Positions 8,412 through 16,272 of a stretch of DNA of 16,272 nt are shown here, piece after piece. A program made the translations under genes and the position numbers. Origin of the DNA: Azolla caroliniana. Lineage: Eukaryota; Plantae; Polypodiophyta. Every line of letters begins with the position of its first letter. The stretch's first letter is position 1. The stretch lies in NCBI GenBank assembly GCA_043228905.1, contig JBHGNT010000755.1, positions 1-16,272 on the forward strand. Reading direction: 5' to 3'. The notes under the pieces are model-generated. The model was not told where the DNA came from, ran no database searches, and worked only from the letters and a program-made list of their open reading frames with translations.

Positions 8412-9144
8412 TGTTGTAGTGCCTTTCGGCTCCGGATCGTTGCGTGAGTCGGGTGGGAACCATTGAGGTTTTGGACTAGGAGAAAGATGAATATAAGATA
8501 AGGCTAGTAATAAATAGGTAGAAAGAGAGGTAAGTTATGAATCTCGTGAATCCCACAAGTTTAGTATATTTAATCAATATTTAGATAGTACGAGACAATT
8601 TAGATCACAAATTCGTGAATCCCACGAATATATTATATTGGTCAATCCTTACCAAATAATCAACCCCCATATACATCTTTCTCTCCTCCTTATATAAGGA
8701 TGGGAGAGACTAAGCATAGCTTTAGGACTCCTTTTTCTAAAGTGTTCATGCACACTAAATGTGCATGAGTTGCTTTTTCCACTATACTTTTATTTCCTAA
8801 ATCTAGTGCTCATGCACGCTAGATGTGCACGAGTATATTTTTTTTATTGGTTTATATTTTTCTTGTAAATAAAGTATTCACACACTCAAAAAAATGCATG
8901 ATTTACTTTTTAATAAAGGTAGGCATAAATAAAAGTCTTATACCTATTAAATCTATATTTATAACACTTATGATAAGTTAATACAATGGTAAAGTTTTGG
9001 TTTATTTACATGGAGGTATAAGGTTTGAATCCTGCCCGATGCATGTAATAAATATTTTAATATTTTCTTTTATTTATATATATGTACTTAAATCGGATAT
9101 ATTATTTTTACATTTTCACATAGTGTGCGGACTACACTACGACA
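8412..9144 (-). repeat. 3' LTR of F (733 bp)
   Basis: Terminal inverted repeats TGTTGTAGTG (8412-8421) and CACTACGACA (9135-9144) match at 9/10. The interior is AT-rich with TATA at 8690-8697, and the PPT is adjacent. Confidence 0.9.
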
Positions 9145-9156
9145 CTCGCCCCCTCC
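9145..9156 (-). promoter_or_regulatory. PPT of F
   Basis: Minus-strand GGAGGGGGCGAG lies immediately before the LTR's TG. Confidence 0.88.
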
Positions 9157-9200
9157 GAACCCGCACATCGTCCGGTATGTGCCGAAGTTTCTGATGCATG

Positions 9201-10345
9201 TTATTCGTCTTCATCCGTAGCACTCTCCGATTCTCCCCTTATGTCGACTACGAGTTGTAGTCCACTTTCTTCGCTTTCCGTATCACCGTGATCTTTGTCC
9301 GGTTGCTCCTCGATGTTGGTCTTGTCTAGGGTTACATAGGATTCTTCGTCAGTCCGCTTCTTGAAAATCTTCACCCATTTCCCCGCTGTAGGCACCTGTA
9401 GTACTGTTCCATCCAACTTGCATAGTTGAAAAGTTCCGTTGTCGAAAACTTTCCGAACCTCGTATGGCCCGAACCACCTTTTCGCGAACTTCTGTATCGT
9501 TGTATGTTGATGATCTAGACTACTGTCATAGACAATCACCCAATCTCCTTCTTCAATCTTCCGCGGTCGTAGTCGATGTTTTTTGTCAAATCGGCTTTTG
9601 TTCCGGAATTGCGCTTCCTGTTGTCGGCGTGTTGCTTCCGCTATGGCTTCCGGTCTTCCCTCCAGTTGTCGTATCCGGACCGCTAGCAGTTCTTCCCGGT
9701 TCATCTTTTCCTTCCATGGAAGCACTGCCCATGTTGCAATTGCGGTTTCCGTCAGCATTACCGGTGCTTGTCCGATCATGAGTTTGGCTGGCATAAAACC
9801 GGTCACGGAACTATGCATCGTACGATCCGCCCATAGTGCATACGGGTGCATCTATGGCCAATCCTTCACCCTTTCTTCGCATGCTTTTGTAAGTGCTTTG
9901 ACGATTGGACTATGTCCTCGTTCAATCTTCCCGTTGGCTTCCGGATTGTATATTGTTTGGTGAAGACTTCCCTAGCTTTATCAGAGTCAAGCTCTCCCGA
10001 ATCCACAATCACTTGTCCTACGCACCCGTACTTGCAAAACACTTCTTCCAAAAGAAATTGGCATACCGCAAAACACGTTTTCCTCCGTAGCGCTTGACTT
10101 TCTACTTCTTTTGTCCGATCTCGGTTGGCATGGCTACCATCCATTTGAAGTTGATTGTCGGTGAGAATGTCGGATGTAACTTATCTCGGTGACGAACCTT
10201 GGAGTAGACTTGGCATTTCTCACAACTTTCCATGAACTCCGCGACATCTTTGTACATATTCTTCCACCAATATCTTTGCTTGATCTTCACAAATGTTGCC
10301 CATGTTCCCCGATGTCTAACCCAATCGGATTCGTGAATTCAGACA
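9201..10345 (-). pseudogene. Gypsy integrase (HHCC, DDE core, GPY/F), fragmented
   Basis: H..RHRGTWAT..RYWWKNMYKDV..SCEKCQ; VIVDSGE; YNPEANGKIERGH; ALWADRT..SVTGFMP; WFGPYEV. It has frameshifts and small deletions, and no chromodomain. Confidence 0.9.
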
Positions 10346-10617
10346 GTATCTTTTGTCCTAACTACTCGAAGTAGTATGCCATCCAGTCTTTTTGGCTCCC
10401 TCCATATTAATCCATTTTTCAAGAAGAACTTTCGGATTTGCCGCTTCTTACTTCGAATCTCGGCTCTCTTCTCTTTATTGTCCGATGATTCCTCAATTCT
10501 TGTAGCACTTTCCTGATCAGCAAGCTTTCTCCCTCGTATTCTTCTTCCCAGAATTCTCGGATTACGTTCACCCGGCATATGTGGTCCGAAGCAAAGTAGT
10601 ATTCGGAAACTTCTTCA

Positions 10618-11830
10618 TTATCGGATTCGATTATGTCGTCTCCGAACTGCGCCCGTGTCTTTTCCGGAGATGTGTCGTACCTCCGGATTAAGTGACTTAA
10701 CATATGCAATCCACCTTAGCATAGCCACATCCGGTATAGTACAACACCGCATCATACCGAGTATCGGAAGACAATCCGTTTCGATCACTACTTCGGCTCC
10801 GATCAAATAATCTCGATCCGATTTTATTGCCGACACGACTCCCCATAATTCTCTTTTGACTTGTGCATATCCACGTTGCCTTTCATTGAGAACCTTTGCT
10901 CCAAATCGGATCGGATATCGCGAACCATCCGAGTCAGCTTGATTGATGACCCATCCGATTCCGGTTGGACTTGTGTCAACTATTATTATGATCAGTCGGT
11001 CATAGCTCAGCTTCTTAAGTGATTCCGCCCTCCGTAGTGTTTTCTTAAGCTTCTTCATGGCATTGGTATGTTCCGGTCTCCATTCGAACTTCTTACCCTT
11101 CCGCAACAACTGATAGAGTGGGTCCACAATATGTGCATAGTGCGGAATCCATATGTTATAGAATGTACATGCTCCAAGAAACCTTCGGACTTCAGATTGT
11201 GACTCACATACTTCTTTCATAGCTTGAATTGCATCGATCTTGGTTGGTGACGGTCTTCGGCCGGGGGTTTTTCCGTAGGGCCCACATAGATGTCCGACTA
11301 CCAATATTTCTTCTTGTCCAAATGCCGATTTCTCTCCGGAAAGTGTTAGGTGCACATCTTCTAACTTTCGTAGCACTTTCTCACAATCACGAATATGTCG
11401 ATTACGAACGGTCGGCATCCCCGATCATCCATAGTCTCATCTTTTTCTTCCACCGCGCATCCTTTCATCGGAATGTCATCTAGGAACGGCATTGTTATCT
11501 CCGGAAGGCAGTCTTGAAGCACCTTGTTCATTGCATTCATCATATGTGCGACCGAGTTTGTTGCGCCTTGTGGTAGTGTACACATATGGACTAATCCTAT
11601 CGGTGTCCGCATGGAACCGTAAACCATCGATTTGAGTACGGAGCGTTTGATGGCTCTAGAATCCCCATCCCCACCTTCTCCTTGAGCAAGTCGATGACTT
11701 TCGGAATATGTGCCTGTGGCACCGGAATCGGCTTCAGGTTCCACGGCACATGATCAATCGTGAAGATCACCATCAGCTCCACTATCTTTGGATGAACACA
11801 CCCTATCTCCTTCGATGTGAATGCAAATGC
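10618..11830 (-). pseudogene. Gypsy reverse transcriptase + RNase H, fragmented
   Basis: HVPWNLKPIPVP...GILEPSNAPYSNRWFTVP; LPQGATNS...PFLDD (FLDD at 11475-11486); VRRFLGAC; VDTSPTGIG; YAQVKRELWGV; ETDCLP. Confidence 0.92.
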
Positions 11831-12438
11831 TTTTCAATGTTGTTCCAACATCTCACGAAATCGTTCTTCTTCTTTTTGTAAGAGGAAACCACCTCCACCG
11901 ATCTGAAGTTTTTTCTGGGTCTCATCCGTGAAGGCATGCCCGATATCCACGAACTTTCGAAGTGTCGGATCTCCCGAGACCTCTTTCCTCTTTTGTTCGC
12001 TATCAGCGGGAAGTGGTCCCGCGACCGGTTTCACTTTCTTCTCCACGGTCTTCTATTTCGTACTCACCATTTCTTCTTCTTTGCAGAGCACATCCTGCCC
12101 CATTTTTGCAATGATCTCATACATCTCGACCGATTCCACCGAAACTACCCGGTCTCCCTGAATATTTTCTTTCGCATGCTCTTCAAGCCGTTGTAGCGTA
12201 CTCCCATAGAACACTTCTTCAACTACTCCCATGATTTCTTCGTCTTCTTTTATTATTGATGCCGACCGTAACTTATCCTCTACTTTTCGGTATTCTTTCT
12301 TCATTCCTTCGGTTACGGCCGTGTACATAGATACCCCATCCGAACCGATTTGTACTTGTTTTGCTCCGAGAGTTTTCTTTTTGTGTGAGGTATCAAGGCT
12401 TCTTGGACTATGACTTCCCCACTCCGCAACAGTCCGCT

Positions 12439-12741
12439 CTAAAAATCCGTCTTTGTTTGGGACAAGAGCTCCCTCTTGTTCCTTTCATGATTCGCAGGCA
12501 CAGTTTGGAATTGGACGGATTTCCCTCCGCTTTGACTCCAAATTCGTGCGAAAGCCGCACCACTATCGAGCACCTTCGTCTCCATCCATGATGATGTGAT
12601 AAAGGGTTGCCCGAGGATCACGGAGTGTGAGACCTCATCTTGCACGAAGAAATTTTGGTCTATCTCCACATCTTTGATCTTCACCGTCACATTTGGACAA
12701 GCCGCAAATAGGTCCTCTATTGCTTTAGTGGCTGCTCAGAT
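12439..12741 (-). pseudogene. Gypsy aspartic protease, C-terminal half
   Basis: I*AATKAIEDLFAACPNVTVKIKDVEIDQNFFVQ...VILGQPF contains the ILG motif. The catalytic N-half is displaced by the insertion of G. Confidence 0.78.
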
Positions 12742-12795
12742 TGAAAAGAATGGCGTGTGGAAGCAATATAGGAAAACCGAACAACAGAAAACGCA
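12742..12795 (-). repeat. Remnant U5 end of the 3' LTR of G
   Basis: The minus strand ends CCATTCTTTTCA, like the ATTCTT..CA ends of the other copia LTRs. Gypsy protease codons resume directly after. Confidence 0.6.
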
Positions 12796-14586
12796 GGTTT
12801 TCGCTCTCGTCCGAGTTGGTTGTCTCCAACTCGTCTTCGGTCTGCTTGCCCTTGACAACGTCATCTCCCCCATGTCTGGTTGGCTCCGGCATTTTCTTTT
12901 GGCTACTCCCCTTATGTCCGCTTTTGGACTCCTCCGCGGATCCGCACTTGGCTTCTTCGGCCGATCCGAGGTCGAATTCGTCATCCGACTCGGCGCCATG
13001 GTCTTTTCCGCTCCTTTCCTGCTCCCTTTCGTGGTCATCTAGGACGTTTCTCCCCCTCAAGTTCGGCACATGGAGGTGACGCAACCCAAGCGCACCCGAG
13101 AATTGTCGCAACTTGTCCAGGCCAAGAGGTTTGGTGAAGATGTCGGCGGTTTGCCGATCCATCAGAACATACTGAAGTTTGACTTCACCAGAAAGGACAC
13201 GCTCACGGACAAAATGGTAGTGCACCTCAATGTGCTTGGTCCGTGTGTGGAAGACGGGGCTCTTCGCGAGTTGGATGCTGCTGAGGTTGTCGCAGTAGAT
13301 CGTCATCGGATCAGACACCTCCACCTGCAGATCCTTAAGAAGCCGCTTCAACCATATGGCTTCGCATGTCGCGATAGCCGCTCCTCGGTACTCAGCTTCG
13401 GTGCTCGACAGTGCAACTGTCGGCTGTTTCTTGCTACACCACGTGATCGCGGCACTCCCAAGAGAGAACGCGTATCCGGACGTGGATAAGCGATCGGCGA
13501 CATTGCCAGCCCAGTCAGCATCGGTGTAGCCGACCAATTGTGGTGTGGGGCTGTATCGGTCCAATATAGCAGTCCCCGGTCCTTAGTGCCGCTTACATAC
13601 TGCAGTACGCGTTGTGCACACTGAAGGTGCTCCTCGATAGGTTGCGCCATAAACTAACTGATCATCCCGACTGGATAACTGAGATTGGGTCGGGTGATTG
13701 TCAAGTAGATAAGGCTTCCGACAATTTGTCGGAACCTTGTCGGATCACAAACCTTGCCGGAATTGGGGTGAAGCTTGACAGTTCTATCCAGAGGAGTCGA
13801 GACGAACTTACAATCTGCCATCCCGAATTTGAAGAGCATATTCAGCGCATAATGACGTTGGTTGATCAGTATGCCTTCGGGGGTGCGGATCACTTCGATC
13901 CCGAGGAAGTAATTAAGTTCCCCTAGATCCTTCATGTCGAATGATGCCACAACCTGGAGCTTCACGCGGTTGATTTCACCTAGGCTAGCGTTGGTGATGA
14001 CCAAGTCATCAACATAGAGTAAAATACTGACCGGCCCGAGTCGACCTTTCCGAATGAACAACGAGGAGTCCGATTTTGACGCCGCAAAGCCCATCCGACA
14101 CAACCGATGCGTGATCTTTGCATTCCAGGCACGCGGGGCTTGCTTCAATCTGTAAAGGGACTTCTTCAATCGGCACTCTACCGGCGTGTTCGTTTCGGAG
14201 TGAAATCCGGGGGGTTGTACCATGTATAGTTGGTCCTCAAGCTCACCTTGCAGGAATGCATTCTTTACATCCATCTGATGTAAGTGCCACCCCTTGGCGG
14301 CGTCTACCGCAAGCAAACCACGGACGGTCGTCATCTTCGCGACCGGCGCGAACGTCTCATCATAGTCGATGCCGTGTTTCTGCGCGTAGCCTTTTGCCAC
14401 TAACTAGGCCTTGTATCGGTTGACCGAGCCGTCGGTGTTGTACTTGACCTTGTACACCCACCTACATCTGATCAGCTTCACACCCTTTGGTGCATCAACC
14501 AGGCCCCAGGTCTCGTTTTCCGTCAATGCGTGCATCTCTTCCTCCATCGCGGTGCGCCAATTCGCATCCTCAGCTCTCCGGCTCAC
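12796..14586 (-). pseudogene. Copia RT + RNase H with acidic C-terminal extension
   Basis: RWVYKVK..RYKA*LVAKGYAQ..DYDETFAPV..QMDVKNAFL..LKQAPRAW..LLYVDD..MKDLG; GYTDADWAG; SSTEAEY; CDN; RTKHIEVHYHF; ADIFTKPL; LRG. Stops at 14404 and 13654, frameshift at ~13545. Confidence 0.95.
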
Positions 14587-16272
14587 GCACTTCCGCTACA
14601 CGGGTCATGTACGCATAATGATGCGCCATGTACTCATTGTATCCGAACCGCGCAACAGGGTTCTTTTGGCGGGTAGATCGGCGTAATTGGTCATTAGCTG
14701 ATGTCGAGGTCTTCTCGGCTGACGCGGACTTCGCTCCTGAAGGCCCGTCGCCGCTTCCCTCGGAGTCGGACTTGCGTCGGTCTGACTCGTTCCTATTCGT
14801 GTCGGAATCCGACACCTTCTTCTTCCCTTTCTCTTTGCATGTAAGCTGTCTCCTCGGCTTCCTATGTGGGGAATGCACGACCGAGTCTCCACTGCTCGCC
14901 GGCTCTTCATCGGACTGGTCGTACCGACTCAATCGTCCATTCGGTTCACTTAACCGAAACGAAATCAGACTCTATTCGGGGGTCCTAATTTTAGGCTCAG
15001 CCGGAGGCACCTCGGCCTCGGTGTCCTCATCGTCAGAACTCGGACTGGAGGTGAGGTCCGGAGTCGAAGGCAAGTACGAGGACGCGGACTCATCAAACAC
15101 AACGTCACGGCTCACGCGTGCCTGTTTGGTACGCGGGTTATAGCACTTATAACCCATCTGCTCATCCAAATAGCCGACCAAGATACACTTCTCGGCTTTT
15201 GCGTCCAACTTCCTCCTTTTCTCCTTCGGCACATGCACATACGCAATGCTACCAAAACCTCGTGAGTGTCGTAAGTTCGGCTTTGTTCCGAAGTAAAGCT
15301 CGTGCGCCGACACTTTTTCTCCGATCCGGTTCTGGATGTATACCGCAATCCTTACCGCCTTGGCCCAGTAGAGCTTGGGCAAGCTCTTCTCCTTCAGCAT
15401 TGCCCGTGCCGCTTCCCCAACCGACCGATTTTTCCTCTCGGCCACGCTGTTTTGCTCCAGCGTGTATCTACAACTGAATTTGTGCCGAATTACCATCTGT
15501 TGTAGATAACCGTTGAATTGACCGGAAAAGTATTCTTTTCCGCCATCCGACCGTAGGCACTTGATCTTTCTTCCTGTTTCTATTTCCACGAACCCTTTGA
15601 GGTTCCAGAAACAGTCGAAGACTTCGCTTTTCCTCTCAATGAGGTAGATCCACGTGTGCCGCGTGTAGTCGTCGATGAAGGAGACAAAATATCGACTCCC
15701 GCCAAGACTAACATTTTGTGCCGGCCCCCACACATCAGAGTGTATAAGGTCGAGCTTGTTCCGGCTCCGGTTACGCTCATTGGGGAAAGGAAGTCGGTGT
15801 TGCTTCCCAAGCTGGCAGGCTTCACAAATTTGTGCCTTTCGGCCACTAAATTTGGGCAATCTGAACACCACTTGTTTTGTTTGCAGGTCTTGAAGCTACT
15901 GGTAGTTGATGTGGCCTATCCGCTTGTGCCATAAGTCGATGTCTGACTCGACTTTTTGTCCCTTCGTGAACATTGCGGTGCCACCGTCAGTAGAGTCGAG
16001 GATAAACATCCTCCCATCTCTGCGCCCTTGCGCCATAATATGGCCTTCTTCCTCGATGAAGCACCCGAGGTGCGTAAACCGGACCTCCGTCCCTTGGTCG
16101 ACGATTTGTTCGACGGACACCAAGTTCTTCGTGATTGTCGGAACGTGTAGCACGTTCATGAGTTTCCCTTTCTGCCCGACATGGCTCAGGGGAACTTCTC
16201 CGACATTCGCGATCGAATGCGGAGTGTCGTCTCCGGTTGCGACTACTCCCGGTTGCATCGGTTTTTCTAGGT
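14587..16272 (-). pseudogene. Copia protease C-half, GAG-pre-integrase, integrase and linker
   Basis: NVLHVPTITKNLVSV; LWHKRIGH...CEACQLGKQHR (HHCC); IHSDVWGP, LRSDGGKEY, QNSVAERKNR (DDE); VSRDVVFDE. Stops at 15896 and 14972. Confidence 0.95.

Larger units (their letters stand above)
8412..12741 (-). mobile_element. Ty3/gypsy LTR retrotransposon F, 3' part (protease C-half, RT, RNase H, integrase, PPT, 3' LTR)
   Basis: The minus-strand domain order PR-RT-RH-INT is diagnostic of gypsy elements, and a PPT and LTR follow. Confidence 0.93.
12742..16272 (-). mobile_element. Ty1/copia LTR retrotransposon G (same family as A/B/C), continues beyond the right edge
   Basis: The minus-strand order PR-INT-RT-RH is diagnostic of copia elements. 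Its RNase H closely resembles that of A. Confidence 0.95.

Noticed and set aside
8421-8430. Minus-strand GCC-GAAA-GGC tetraloop as part of a hammerhead ribozyme (retrozyme)
   Set aside because: No CUGANGA core is nearby, and the stem is only 3 bp.
8412-8466. C-terminus of ORF 7771-8466 as part of the protease
   Set aside because: It is read-through into the inserted LTR of F.
9201-9360. Possible chromodomain after the integrase of F
   Set aside because: The tail is simply acidic and lacks the Y.VKW.G...TWE motif.
12736-16150. Numerous plus-strand and alternate-frame ORFs over element G
   Set aside because: They are shadow ORFs of a GC-rich copia pol, with no independent evidence.
1-16272. 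A novel RT-based or defence-type system
   Set aside because: Every RT, RNase H, integrase and protease fragment fits a standard copia or gypsy element with matching LTR/PBS/PPT, and all are disrupted.

Overview
The whole 16.3 kb window is a nested pile of decayed plant LTR retrotransposons, most likely from a non-seed plant such as a moss (inferred from the element families). It has no host gene, RNA gene or CRISPR array. At least seven insertions can be separated by their LTR termini (TG...CA), primer-binding sites (PBS), polypurine tracts (PPT) and protein motifs. From left to right: (H) 5' part of a minus-strand Ty3/gypsy element (1-2343), inserted in the reverse transcriptase (RT) of (A), the 3' end of a plus-strand Ty1/copia element (2344-3671). 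A is inserted in (B/C), a plus-strand copia tandem with a shared PPT-LTR-PBS junction (3672-5236), whose gag is cut by (I), a gypsy LTR fragment (4842-~5072). Next is (E), a plus-strand gypsy element (LTR, Met PBS, long leader, gag-protease; ~5237-8411), whose protease is interrupted by (F), a minus-strand gypsy element (8412-12741). F's protease is in turn interrupted by (G), a minus-strand copia element (12742 to the window end). All coding regions carry stops, frameshifts or deletions. I found no convincing new biological system. The most notable signals are structural: a conserved 10-bp hairpin enclosing the copia PPT/LTR start, a doubled PPT-like motif with an extra 3' segment, a shared-LTR tandem, and palindromic motifs in the LTRs.
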